Positions 42,082 through 55,078 of a stretch of DNA of 64,000 nt are shown piece after piece. Within the stretch, counting starts at the first letter, position 1, and every line of letters starts with the position of its first letter. Made by a program: the position numbers and the translations under genes. Source of the stretch: Eledone cirrhosa (taxonomy: Eukaryota); assembly GCA_964016885.1 (NCBI GenBank), contig OZ024741.1, forward strand, positions 328,104,001-328,168,000. The letters run 5' to 3'. Under the pieces are notes generated by a model that ran no database searches, was not told where the DNA came from, and saw only the letters and a program-made list of their open reading frames with translations.

Positions 42082-42571
42082 GTATATATATATATGTATA
42101 TATATATATATGTATGTATATGTGTGTGTATATGTGTATATATGTGTGTGTGTGTGTGTGTGTGTTTATTTGTGTATGCGTATGTATGTGTTTATGTATT
42201 TGTATATGTATATTTATGTGAGAGAGTGTGTGTATGTATTTATTTTTACGTACGTATGTGTACGTGCATTTGTGTGTATTGCTTACCACCTGTGTTTTTT
42301 CATTTTTTTTGTTGCTGTATTGCTGTCAACTTTTATCTTCTTTATTATTTTTTATATATATTTTTTATACATATTTTTTCTTATATTTATTTGCGTGTGT
42401 GAATATGTAGAGGTGTGTGTATATTTTCTAATATTGTGCATGCATATGTATGCATGTACATATGTGTGTATGTATGTGTTTGTATGTACGTGTGTATATA
42501 CGTATGGTTGTGTGAATGTATGTATGTATGGATATGTATGTGTGTATGGCTATGTTTGTGAATGTGTATCC

Positions 42572-42641
<70 letters not shown>

Positions 42642-42724
42642 ATATATATGTGTGTGGTTGTATATATGTATGTGTATGCATGGATATGTTGATATGTATG
42701 TGTGTATGTATGTATGTTTGTATG

Positions 42725-42775
<51 letters not shown>

Positions 42776-43434
42776 CAGGTCACCACTTGGTACTACTGGT
42801 AACATGTATTCCAGTACAACCTGTCCCATGGTCGGGTCGTTGACGACTAAACTGGCAACCCCACTAAGGTTTCTTGGTGAGGAGGGTGACTTTGGACATG
42901 CTGCAGGACTAAAAACAAAACCTGTCAAAGGGCAAAGGAGCTCTTAAGAGTCAATGGCCACCCCAAATGACCGGGAGAGATGACCCCTTAGCCTTTGTCA
43001 AGGCAGAATTCTAGGAGAAGGAAAACTGTGATATAACACCTGCAACTCTGATGGTATCCAATGATGTTGACTTGTTCTTCTTTTTGGTAAATATCATCTT
43101 GGTTAAGAGAGTGGGACTGGCTTTGTGCAGTGCCTTTGCTCACTATAAAAGCTTCACGGCACAGGCATTGCTTTATATCTGGAGATCTCTCTGCACTTGT
43201 CGTCGCATGGTACCATGGGCCTAGCACTATGTGACAATAATTGTCACAAGTGTAGTGTTTGTACCAGAGTGTTCAAGTCGCTGGCTGGACTAAAGTCACA
43301 TTCGTTCAGCGCATCGGTAGGAGTTCTCCTACATGGATATAAAGTAGTGGCCGTACTCGAAAACGAGTTGGCAGCCACCATATATATATATACATATATA
43401 TATGTATATGTGTGTGTGTGTGTATAAGTGTATG

Positions 43435-43465
<31 letters not shown>

Positions 43466-43479
43466 GTGGATGTATATAA

Positions 43480-43543
<64 letters not shown>

Positions 43544-43654
43544 ACGTGTGTTTTTATTTTATTTTTCCTTTTCTTCTTCCTTCTCCAGCCTCACTTTCAT
43601 ATAGACTGCATTTTTGTTTTTTAAGAATCCAATTCAATAAATAGACCAGGATTT

Positions 43655-43714
43655 TTTCATTCTGATGATTTAAAACAACATTTTTTGCTTTTAAGAAACC
43701 ACTGGTAAATGAAA
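43655..43714 (+). ncRNA. Type I hammerhead (sister of 39893-39950)
   Basis: TTTCATT-CTGATGA..TTAAAA/TTTTAA-GAA-ACC(ACT)GGT-A-AATGAAA. Confidence 0.82.
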
Positions 43715-44876
43715 TAATTGCCTTATGTTGTTTATTACATAACTATTAAGCTCTGTTACCTACATAGAGTACTCTTTTTTCCTGGACTTTTCCGACGGAA
43801 TTACTTCATTTATACAGCTCCAACCGGGATTGATTGAAGCATATTCTATATTACATATACGATTGGCACTATATACATATATATATATATACATTATCAC
43901 ACATATATATATACCTTATATTATATATACACATACTAACTATGTAAAAACTATCTAGTTATAATAAAATAATAAAAAAAAATGTTTTTAACTCCCTCCA
44001 CACAAGTTGAAAAGATAACAATTATATAATTAGTAACGAATAATAATATTTTATATACTCTATAAAGATTAATTTATAACACTACTACAATAATAACACA
44101 ACCATCAATTTGTCAGCAACCTTAATTACCGCCCTTTATTATTAACCGCCCTTTACATCTTCCTGTGTAAATTCATAAAATTAAGCAACCTAACGGTTTA
44201 CCAACAAATTAATAACGGTTAACCCTAGAAAAGATAATTTGTAGATAAAAATGCATAATATAATATACCTACTATAACAACATGACCTGTCATTCGGTGT
44301 AATTTACATTAAACAAACACACACTTATTAACTATAAACGATTCAAAATAATTCTATCCGTGCATTACAACCAACATATACATATGCATACGAACTATAT
44401 CACAATGAATGAAAATCACCTATCCAATTCTATCACGTGCTTTGCATTACACCTCATAACATATACCTACATTATCACCACATATCTCTCTAACAAATTG
44501 CACAATTCTAGCACTTATAACATGCTTTAACATCCCACACGAAATATGTTTATTTCAACTGCATTATAGATATTGAATCTATCGTCTCCTGCATTGTACA
44601 CCCTTAACATTAACTGTCCTTCAATGTTAAGATATCTTATATCTTATATCTTATGTCTGACCTATCCAACATTTTTCCTTGGTTATAACCTTTTTGCCTG
44701 TACTTTTTGCTTATACTTCTTACACTTTCAACCAGTGCTGCCTGTAATTGTGTTCTCTCAAGCATAACATCTTTTTAACTCCCGACTCTCCACAATGTCT
44801 ATTACATTAACAACAATTATGTACCCTAAATGTTCTGAATGACTGCGATTTTAGTCACATGTTTTGGCATCCCCTA

Positions 44877-44923
44877 TGCTCCGATGGACCCATACTTCCA
44901 TCTGGAAGAAACAATTGTCAGCA
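44877..44923 (+). ncRNA. Variant or degenerate hammerhead
   Basis: TGCT-CCGATGG-ACCCATAC-TTCCA(TC)TGGAA-GAAAC-AATT-GTC-AGCA. Confidence 0.5.
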
Positions 44924-44963
44924 AATAAATGTTCTAAACTAAAATGTGATCGTTTTGACACTT

Positions 44964-45028
<65 letters not shown>

Positions 45029-45522
45029 CAGTTGGGTGCGGATGCATTCATGTATATATGTGTGTCCCCGCATGTATCTGTGTGTTTCTAAATATATTGT
45101 TAATAACTCCCTCTGGTCGAGCAATCTTTGAAGTGTGGGGACAACTGGAAAGCTTCCATTACTCATACTTCTAGCCTTCTTCACCACCTCTTCTGCGGCC
45201 TCGATATGAATACCCCCTCCGCCTCCGTGGTATTTTCTTCGTGGTTATAAGAGGCTTAGCTCTGTTTCTCGACCGTTATATCGCGTGACTATCTCCCCCT
45301 CCGCCTTTTGGGATTCTTTCTCACGTCGTGTAGACGCGTTCTTGAGACTAGTAAAATGAGGTATCCTCTTGATAAGTCGGCAGACCTCGCAGGGACTCTA
45401 TGTCTTTATGATATATTGTTTTTGTTTATGCCACGAAACTACGTAGTCGAGGAATTTAGGAGCAGTTTAGGTATGATACATTTTATTACTAATTATATCT
45501 AAATGTTTCTTCTCTCTTCATA

Positions 45523-45599
<77 letters not shown>

Positions 45600-46234
45600 C
45601 ATTTATTTATGCATATATATATTTATGTATATATATATAATTAAGTTAAAAATGTACATCCACATATGTATACTGAAATACTAGTATGCATATGAATACA
45701 CACACGTATACATATGTAGATGTACCAAGTCTTTCACTGGTCACTTTACTGTGAGTATCCAGCTATTCTGTATGTAAACACACAGACAAACCGGTTTTTA
45801 GAGTCATACTGGTTTTTTAGGAAACACCTGGAGAATAGAGGAAAGGTGTTTCCTCAAAAACCAGTATGACTCTAAAAACCGGTTTGTCTGTGTGTTTACA
45901 TACAGAATAGCTGGATACTCACAGTAAAGTGGCCAGTGAAAGACTTGGTACATCTATATATGTATACGTGTGTGTATTCATATGCATACTAGTATTTCAG
46001 TATACATATGTGGATGTACATTTTTAACTTAATTGTTTAAGCGTCAGTCATACAAAAGTGAGTTACAAACGAAACGAAATTTAATTTCGTTTCGTTATTT
46101 GTTTTTATCGTCTCCGTTGAACCGGTACGTACTCACACTCTATGCAAATTAGTCTGCCCACTACTAATTTTCATAGAAAAAGCATATAACGATATGTACT
46201 TTTACGATTCTCCAGAAAGGCCGGTAGATAGGTA

Positions 46235-46279
46235 AATATTGCTGATGAGTTGTAACAACAACGAAACTAGTTCAATATT
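46235..46279 (+). ncRNA. Type I hammerhead, unit 1
   Basis: AATATTG-CTGATGA-GTTGT(AACA)ACAAC-GAA-ACTAGT-T-CAATATT. Confidence 0.92.
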
Positions 46280-46700
46280 CCTTGTCTGGCTTTCTGGAGA
46301 ATAGAGGAAAGGAGTTTCCTCAAAAACCAGTATGACCCTAAAAACCGGTTTGTCTGTGTGTTTACATACAGAATAGCTGGATACTCACAGTAAAGTGACC
46401 AGTGAAAGACTTGGTACATCTACATATGTATACGTGTGTGTATTCATATGCATACTAGTATTTCAGTATACATATGTGGATGTACATTTTTAACTTAATT
46501 GTTTAAGCGTCAGTCATACAAAAGTGAGTTACAAACGAAACGAAATTTAATTTCGTTTCGTTATTTGTTTTTATCGTCTCCGTTGAATCGGTACGTACTC
46601 ACACTCTATGCAAATTAGTCTGCCCACTACTAATTTTCATAGAAAAAGCATATAACGATATGTGCTTTTACGATTCTCCAGAAAGGCCGGTAGATAGGTA

Positions 46701-46745
46701 AATATTGCTGATGAGTTGTAACAACAACGAAACTAGTTCAATATT
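46701..46745 (+). ncRNA. Type I hammerhead, unit 2
   Basis: Identical to 46235-46279. Confidence 0.92.
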
Positions 46746-47166
46746 CCTTGTCTGGCTTTCTGGAGAATAGAGGAAAGGAGTTTCCTCAAAAACCAGTATG
46801 ACCCTAAAAACCGGTTTGTCTGTGTGTTTACATACAGAATAGCTGGATACTCACAGTAAAGTGACCAGTGAAAGACTTGGTACATCTACATATGTATACG
46901 TGTGTGTATTCATATGCATACTAGTATTTCAGTATACATATGTGGATGTACATTTTTAACTTAATTGTTTAAGCGTCAGTCATACAAAAGTGAGTTACAA
47001 ACGAAACGAAATTTAATTTCGTTTCGTTATTTGTTTTTATCGTCTCCGTTGAATCGGTACGTACTCACACTCTATGCAAATTAGTCTGCCCACTACTAAT
47101 TTTCATAGAAAAAGCATATAACGATATGTGCTTTTACGATTCTCCAGAAAGGCCGGTAGATAGGTA

Positions 47167-47211
47167 AATATTGCTGATGAGTTGTAACAACAACGAAACT
47201 AGTTCAATATT
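47167..47211 (+). ncRNA. Type I hammerhead, unit 3
   Basis: Identical to 46235-46279. Confidence 0.92.
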
Positions 47212-47500
47212 CCTTGTCTGGCTTTCTGGAGAATAGAAGAAAGGTGTTTCCTCAAAAACCAGTATGACTCTAAAAACCGGTTTGTCTGTGTGTTTACATA
47301 CAGAATAGCTGGATACTCACATTAAAGTGACCAGTGAAAGACTTGGTACATCTACATATGTATACGTGTGTGTATTCATATGCATACTAGTATTTCAGTA
47401 TACATATGTGGATGTACATTTTTAACTTAATTGTTTAAGCGTCAGTCATACAAAAGTGAGTTACAAACGAAACGAAATTTAATTTCGTTTCGTTACTTGT

Positions 47501-47582
<82 letters not shown>

Positions 47583-47607
47583 TTATTTATGCATATATAT
47601 ATTTATG

Positions 47608-47638
<31 letters not shown>

Positions 47639-47742
47639 ATAAATATATTTAATAAATATTTGCTCTACGGTTCTTATATATTTGATATATATTTATCCTT
47701 ATCGAGCCCTCTTTGGATTTTAGTCTTCAAATGTTTTATTAT

Positions 47743-47862
<120 letters not shown>

Positions 47863-47904
47863 GCTATATGTATGTCAACCACATACGGATATATGTATAT
47901 TATA

Positions 47905-48287
47905 TTAGGGTGGCCCTTAGGAATAGGTAATTTTCCGAAAGTTAAAATTTTGCTGCTGCCGCAGCGAAAAATAGACGTTTGCCTTATAGCTGCGCTCAGC
48001 TTTGCATGTTGCCCTCCCTATTATATTTATTGTCATTTATCCTTCTAATACGAAAATAACCCTGAAAAAGTTTTTAATTTCAAAGAAAATTTTTCAGAGA
48101 TAGACAATTTTTATCATAAAAAATGACTTTCCGGGTGAAAATTTCAAACATTCACGGTCGGTGAGGGTCGTCTTGCTGTTGTCCGCGTGAGCTAAAGTTT
48201 GGCATAGATTGGTGTTTTGTTAGTTGAAACAAGATAGGTGCCTGGGAGCTAAATGTTTAGAAAGCTGACAAATAAGGGCCACCCTAA
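47905..48287. mobile_element. MITE with 15-bp TIR and TA flanks (Tc1/mariner-like)
   Basis: TA-TTAGGGTGGCCCTTA...TAAGGGCCACCCTAA-TA. Confidence 0.85.
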
Positions 48288-48421
48288 TATATATATATAT
48301 AACAATATCGCAGGCAAGTATAGCATCGCTCTATCTATCTATTTCACAATTCCTCCCCCGCTCCTTCTCTCGCCCTCTCTCTCCCTCTCTCTCTCGATCT
48401 CTCTCTCGATCTCCCCCCCCC

Positions 48422-48489
<68 letters not shown>

Positions 48490-48492
<3 letters not shown>

Positions 48493-48920
48493 CTAGGACA
48501 CGTCTACCACATGAATGATGGCCGCATCTCCAAAGACATCTTATATGGAGAGATGGCCTATAGAAGGAGAGCCACCGCTCCACCTCGGCTGTTATACGAG
48601 GACATTGTGAAGAGAGATATGAAGGCCATTAAACTCAACACAGCGTCCTGTGCTGGCCTTGCAGCGCATGGACAAGATGGAGAAACACCCTGAATCAACA
48701 CCGCAAATCAGGGGAGGAGAGTTTGATGACTGCAGCAACGGAGGGGACCCCGGCGAAAGGAGCGCAATAAATCCAACATACCAGAGACCATATACAGATG
48801 TGTTCAATGTAACAGAGACTGACACTCACGTATAGGTCCGTTTAGCCACCGGAGACGCTGCTCCAGCCGAGCAGACAACAGGATAATACAGATGGTCAGC
48901 TTTCACCGAAAAAGGACTTA
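48490..48920 (+). mobile_element. RTE clade LINE 3' fragment
   Basis: RLGHVYHMNDGRISKDILYGE..PRLLYEDIVKRDMK. Confidence 0.82.
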
Positions 48921-49364
48921 AATTAACTTAAAATATATATATAATTATCAAAGCCGGTTACAGCAGCACCACACCGTTCCAGTTTTATCGGCAGATCTTG
49001 AACATATTGGTCCTCATTGCTAAGGAATCGTACGTACCTATTATGGCACCGTTCTAGTAACTTACCTTAATAATTATATTCAAACTTAGCCTATGGACTT
49101 GAGTTTCTCTATACCTTGGATATTTGTACTTAGCTATAATTACTATGTATATTTATCTTTCTATTCAACCTTCAAACCTCCGATTTTCGAATCTCCCCCG
49201 TCTCTGAACGTTGCTCTTTCCTAAAGAAGGGCTTACGCCTGATAGGCTGAGACATTTATTTAATTATTTTATTTCTATCTTTATTCCCAAGTGTGAACTT
49301 GTGTGGGTTTTTTTGTGACTTTTTTTTTTGTGTTTTTCGCCTCTTTTTCTCTATTTTGTTTATT

Positions 49365-49402
<38 letters not shown>

Positions 49403-49410
49403 GGGGGGGG

Positions 49411-50950
49411 TAACAAGTTATCGTTATACGTAATCCGGTTAGAGGTTGTGAGTACTCTGCGTCGGGGATAGTTCTAACGTACGGCTTTGTTTGACTCAAC
49501 AAGATGCTTCCATATTTATGCAGCGAGTTCGCGGTAATTCCTATGCAGGTTATACTTGGAGTAATAATAGTGAAAGAATGAAGAGTAACATGGTTGGCTG
49601 TACAATAAGTGGCTTTATTTCAAGTACTGACATTTGTTTCGTTGATCACGTGAGTCTAGAGGTCGCTAATAGCTTGAAGTTGCGTCACTCGATCTCCAAT
49701 ACATTATTTACCTCTGTTCAATACATCAGAGTACGTAAATATAAAAATAATTCACTCGAGGCAAGACATATATAGAAGAATAGCGTATAATCAAATACAG
49801 ATGTAAAAATGAAAAAGTAAAAGATAAGATAGGATACATTTAAAAAGTAAGAAAATAAGAAAATGGTAAATATAAAGAAATACATAAGGATAAGTGAGAG
49901 CATGTAAGTACATAATATGTTTGTTGTGGTGCTGAGTTCTTATAACGATTCATTGGTGGGTTTAGTGCTAACATGAAAAATCAAATTCAAAATATACATA
50001 GATACGTGTAGAGGGTATGATGTAGTGACGGATAAAAGAAAAAAGAAAAAGCAATAAATTAGAGATTAATTGGGGGAGATTTACGGCCTAGGGGTGGATT
50101 GTGAAGGGACGTTTTACAAACGTGTGTTGTAAATATTTTGCTGATTATTCTATCTTAATGGTGTTGATGCTGTTCAGGGAAAGAGGGTGAAAGATGTTCA
50201 GAGATTTATGATCCAGTGACCAGTTGGCCGTTTGACAACTAATAGCAGTGCGATGGTGTGTATTCTATATGGTAAAATCTAGGTGGTTCAGTTCTAATTT
50301 TGGGATTGCTGGTTCAAATCATGGTGGTTTGAAGTTTGTGAATCTGGTAGCCATTTTATACCTACAGAAAATTGATCTTTCTATGTTGCTGTTAAGCAGC
50401 ACCCCACCGTACCTTAAAATATGGTGTAGTTCTAAATTACAAAGTCCTTAGTGGGACATTCCGTTGCTGTAGGCACTTGCTACCGATAATTTTGACCAGC
50501 TAATCTTATATTCTAGGTTTTTGTTTTTAAGCTGCCAGATTTTATTGGCGAGCGTCGTAGAGTTCTCCACTCTACGGTTCTTCATGGACGTACCACCTTT
50601 TCTTAAACTCCCCAGCCGTGGAACCTATGTAGTGCCAAGTAGAGTTGCCTGAATCTACAGTACACAGGTACACCATACGCGAATCCAGGCATCTATTTTG
50701 TATTGGGCACTTATCCGGTAGGTGGCAATTACAATTTGAGATTTTCATGTGTGCGGGTTCACCGTTGCAGTTTTGTAAGTTGTTGTCTCTGTCTAGTATG
50801 TATTCCAGCTTCTCCTTATGTCCTTCATTATACACTATCGTCGCATGAAAAAGCCCATAGGCTGCAACCGGTACAAAAAATACGGAAATTCGTCTTTTTT
50901 TTTGTAAATAAATGTCTTGCTGTTATTCTATGATAAAATTCCTTTAACAT
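49411..50950 (-). mobile_element. 5'-truncated PLE family C (GIY-YIG remnant plus 3' pLTR)
   Basis: CNCHLPDKCPIQNRCL..MVYLC..YIGSTAGEFKKRWYVH. The UTR is homologous to 5889-6832. Confidence 0.85.
49624..49734 (-). ncRNA. Hammerhead with about 82-nt stem II domain and CUGAUGU core
   Basis: GTACT-CTGATGT-ATTGA..TCAAC-GAAAC-AAAT-GTC-AGTAC. Confidence 0.65.
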
Positions 50951-50986
50951 TTTCTACTGTGTTTTCATTTTTACTATTTTTACTAT

Positions 50987-51029
<43 letters not shown>

Positions 51030-51228
51030 TGAACGTGGATTGCGTTGTACTTAAGGTATTGATTCCCGGCGGGGTGCTGTGTCCTTGAATACGGTATATT
51101 ATTTCACGCTGCTCCAGTTCAGTCATCTGGCCAAAATATGTTGTAACTGTATCGCAAATAGTCAACATTGCTACACACTGAATCTCTCTTAAAACTAAGT
51201 TAAAGTTGCATGTAACTGTGAAATATAT

Positions 51229-51563
51229 GGCCCCATTCGGTCACGAATGACCATGGTTTTTCACCTAGAAGGTTTCCCTCTGAGACACAAGCCTGGGCAA
51301 GGCTTGTTTTGGGGAAGACCAGCAGTCGCCGATGCATACTAGACTCCCCTCTCCATGCCACCGATGTTGTCCAAGGGAAAGGCAATGGCCGATACAGCTT
51401 GGCACCAGTGGGGTCGCAACTAATTTCTACAGCTGAATAAACTGGAACAATGTGAAATAAAGTGTCTCGCACAAGGACACAACGCATCACCCGGTCCGAG
51501 AATCGAACTAACAACTTCTCAATTGCAAGCCTAATGGCTAACCACTAAACCATGCGCCTTCAC
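51229..51563 (-). mobile_element. tRNA-derived CORE-type SINE, apparently full length
   Basis: A box TGGTTTAGTGG, B box AGTTCGATTCT, CORE-like GTTGTGTCCTTGTGCGAGACACTTTATTTCAC. Confidence 0.82.
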
Positions 51564-51807
51564 AACTGTGAAATGATCAGTCATTAACTAGCTCATTAGC
51601 AAGCTGTTTTATTGTTCGAACAACTGGAACTTTCGTCGTGGTAATCAATGGACTTCCAACACTACCAACTAATAAAAAACAGCAGCTGTTCTTTTTCGTA
51701 GTCTACTTGTATTTGTCCTGATTGCCGCCAGGGATATTTCAAACCAACCAGCGTATTAAGAATTTGAAGCTCATTGCTTTGAATCTCTATAGTTAAATAT
51801 ATTCCTT

Positions 51808-51809
<2 letters not shown>

Positions 51810-51844
<35 letters not shown>

Positions 51845-51867
51845 CTCTCTCTCTCTCTCTCTCTCTC

Positions 51868-51935
<68 letters not shown>

Positions 51936-52080
51936 TCACCCTGTCCCTCTCTCTCTCTTTCCTCGTCCTTCGCTCTCTCTCTCTCTCACCCTGTCCCTCT
52001 CTCTCTCTTTCCTCGTCCTTCGCTCTCTCTCTCTCTCACCCTGTCCCTCTCTCTCTCTTTCCTCGTCCTTCGCTCTCTAT
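51810..52080. repeat. (CT)n tract with three 50-bp higher-order units
   Basis: CTGTCCCT at 51941, 51991 and 52041. Confidence 0.9.
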
Positions 52081-52707
52081 TTCTCTCACCCTCATGCCCT
52101 CTCTGGCTTTCCCCTCTCTTTCTCTCTCTCTCTCTATTTCTCTCACTTTCATGCCCTCTCTGTCTTTCGTCACTCTTTCTCTCACACTATCAAATCTGTT
52201 CATTCTCTTCCCACTAACTCTCTCTCTCACCCTCATTTTATCCTTAACCCCCCCCCCCCTCATTCTCTTTTTCTCTCACTCACATACAATCTATCTATGT
52301 CTTCGCAGATATAAAGACAGACAGACATGCGAATCGGTTATTACATAAAGCAACAGCTGTAAAACAATTTTAATTCACCGCCTATGAAGTATGTATGCCG
52401 AAGTTGTTTAGAAAACGTTTAATCAAATTTTTTAGAAATATGTGTATTTTAAGAGACAAAGAAGCTTCTATATACCATAGCTGCTTTCCAAAAGAAGCTG
52501 AGGCTCCTATGGGAATTATTTAACTAATTGATTAAATAGTTAATTAATCATTTAATTAAGTAATAAAAAACATAATTTCTTATTTGTTTAATATAATGTA
52601 AACAGCAACAAAAATGTTATGGCCGTGTATGAAAAGTTACGAGGTTTAATATTCCATCTCTTCTCATTCTATATCTTCCTATCCTTCCCACACTATATTT
52701 GTTTTAA

Positions 52708-52765
<58 letters not shown>

Positions 52766-52872
52766 CAAAGACAGGGTAGTAAGAAACCAGGCGGACCATA
52801 ACGCACCAGTGTACTCGATACTTAGGGTAGTAGAGTGGATATAAGAAAAGAATCAGGGGTCCTGACTCTTTT

Positions 52873-52946
<74 letters not shown>

Positions 52947-52992
52947 ACGTGTAGCTGGACAGTCACTTTTAAAATTCTCTTAGTGTTGCCTT

Positions 52993-53086
52993 ACACACGC
53001 TGATGAACCGAGGCTAACCAATTTCTTTCAACAAATTACTGGTGAAACATATCTTCGGATTAGTATCTTTGGATTTGTACGTGTGT
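52993..53086 (+). ncRNA. Type I hammerhead with extended stems II and III
   Basis: ACACACG-CTGATGA-ACCG..TGGT-GAAAC-[28 nt]-GTA-CGTGTGT. Confidence 0.85.
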
Positions 53087-53339
53087 TATATAGTAATAGA
53101 GGTATTTATTTACGCTTTAATTTATATTTTTAATTATCGTGTCTATAGTCTGCCTTTCATAGGTTATAGATTCCATACACTGGTGGGTTTTCCCCCTGTT
53201 TTATTCATAGCGCACTGTATATCTCTCTCTGGCGTGTTAGCTTTTCAACATATTGTATTTTAAAGAGCCCAGGATTTCTTCTTCTTTGAGCACATTATTT
53301 ACAGGGAATAGCGAGGGCCTATGCCTCCTTTAATTTATA

Positions 53340-53398
<59 letters not shown>

Positions 53399-53580
53399 AT
53401 ACTTGGGGAGGGTCATATTATTGTAATAATATTGCCAGAAATAATAACAGAACACACTGTCTGGTTGGTTTTCGCTTCTGTATCTTTTATATCTCTATAG
53501 TTAATTTATTTGGCAATCTATGTTTATCATTGATTGACAAACGGTTAAAAATACAGATATAAATATATATATATATAGTC

Positions 53581-53624
53581 TATCAAAGTCCTTTCGTTGC
53601 ACATCTGCAACATCATCAGTGGTA
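53581..53624 (-). ncRNA. Hammerhead, family A
   Basis: TACCA-CTGATGA-T-GTTGCA(GATG)TGCAAC-GAAAG-GA-CTT-TGATA. Confidence 0.72.
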
Positions 53625-55012
53625 CTATTATTATATTCCCCCCTATTGTATTGTAATGTCTACGCCATTTTTATTTAATTTAATTATTTATTTATTCTTG
53701 TCTCTGCGCATGAGTTTGTGTGTGTGTATAATGTTTGGTTTGTGTGTGTTCCCGTTTGAGTGTATGTGTTTTGTTTTTGTATTCTCTATTTGTTCACTAG
53801 TGTGTGTTTATATGTGTTTGTTGTTATTTTACTTGTGTATATATTTATTTATTTATATTTCCCTTAAGTCAGTATTGTTTGTTTGGGTTGGTTTGTTGTT
53901 GTTCCATTCATCTTTTCTGTTTAACTTTGGTCTTCTAAACTCTATCCCAGTAACTTCTCTGATTTGCCTACCTGTTGAGTCATTTCTATATTTAAATATT
54001 ATTTTAATTTCTATGTTGTCTATATTACCGTCATGTCTCTGTCTGGCGTGTTCGTATAGTACTGAACCGTTTTTTTTGTTGTCTTTTTAGTTCCCCCCAG
54101 TGCTGGTCTATTCTTTCTCCTATGCTTCGAGCCCTCTCACCTATGTATGTCGTTGTCATATTTCTGCAAGTACCCTCTGTACATCCTACGCTATAGACTA
54201 CATTACTAGTTTTACAATTTATCTGGGGGGCTGGGATTCATTTTAAATATGCCACATTTCTTATTAGTATAGTGGGTTTTCTTAAAGGCGTGTGTTTTGC
54301 TGATCAGTGATTTTCTACCACTTTAATCTTTACGTGGGTCTTTCTCAGGGCCTTTCCACATTGCTTAGCTAATTCCCCCATGGGTAGCATCCACGAACAT
54401 GACACTCTGGTATCTCTGGTTGTCGTACCATGAAGTGGCTTTCCCTATCTTATGTTTAGTCCTACCTAAGCCATTCCATGATTTGCTGTATAATAGGCAA
54501 ATTCCTTTCATATCCATTTCTATGAGGGTCTTATACTTCGCCGTGGCTCCTTTCTATACTCTGATTCTGTCTCTTTGGCTGTAGCCAGAGAACTGCATGC
54601 GGTTGATGAAGTGTTGCATGTGTATTTCCATTTCAGTTGGGTCGCACATGCGGGACACATTCTTCATCACTCGTACCAAGTGTGCGATCAGAATATTAAA
54701 CTTAGCACTATTGGTAATTCCTTTTTGAGTATCAGGTATTATTTAATTTATATTTTTAATTATTGTGTCTACCCTGCCTTCTATAGATTATAGACTCCAT
54801 ACACTGATTGTTTTCCCTGTTTTATTCATGACCTCCTAACTCTCTTTAGTGTGTTAGCTTTTCAACATATTGTATATATATATATATGCAGAGGTTATAT
54901 TTATTTTGTTAGGATTCAACAAGCTTAAAAATTTTCCTATCCAGGAAGCTCCAACCGTTAAGCTTGTCTTTTTCCGGGTAGTATGTCAACATTTATTTAT
55001 AAAACAAATCTG

Positions 55013-55078
55013 TATTTTATCTGATGAAAGCGCACCATAATTTGCCTTGGTTCCCCTTGAAATATATATAATAAAATA
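55013..55078 (+). ncRNA. Type I hammerhead
   Basis: TATTTTAT-CTGATGA-AAG..CTT-GAAA-TATAT-ATA-ATAAAATA. Confidence 0.82.

Larger units (their letters stand above)
39868..43741. repeat. Large interrupted inverted duplication of a microsatellite-rich, HHR-bearing 3' UTR
   Basis: 39868-40160 is the reverse complement of about 43440-43741. About 40200-40790 is the reverse complement of about 42100-42700. Confidence 0.8.
45639..47506 (+). mobile_element. Retrozyme-like element: 466-bp tandem array (about 3.6 units, 45828-47506) with 5' inverted arm (45639-45829)
   Basis: CTGATGA at 46242, 46708 and 47174 (period 466). No listed ORF within the units. Bounded by (TA)n. Confidence 0.9.

Noticed and set aside
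42775-42870. Possible HDV-like ribozyme (CCAGT...GG-G-TCG-TTGA-CGA-CTAA-ACTGG) at a LINE-like 5' end
   Set aside because: P2, P4 and J4/2 look plausible but I could not build convincing P1 and P3. It needs a family consensus.
39030-43560. Many long ORFs such as IYIYIY, CVCVCV and THTHTH here and across the window
   Set aside because: They are translations of stop-free dinucleotide microsatellites, not genes.
45828-47506. Regular repeats as a CRISPR array
   Set aside because: Whole 466-bp units repeat with no unique spacers, no cas genes, and a eukaryotic context.
49215-49250. CTAAAGA-AGGGC(TTAC)GCCT HHR-like remnant
   Set aside because: Core and GAAA are both mutated, so it is too degenerate to call.
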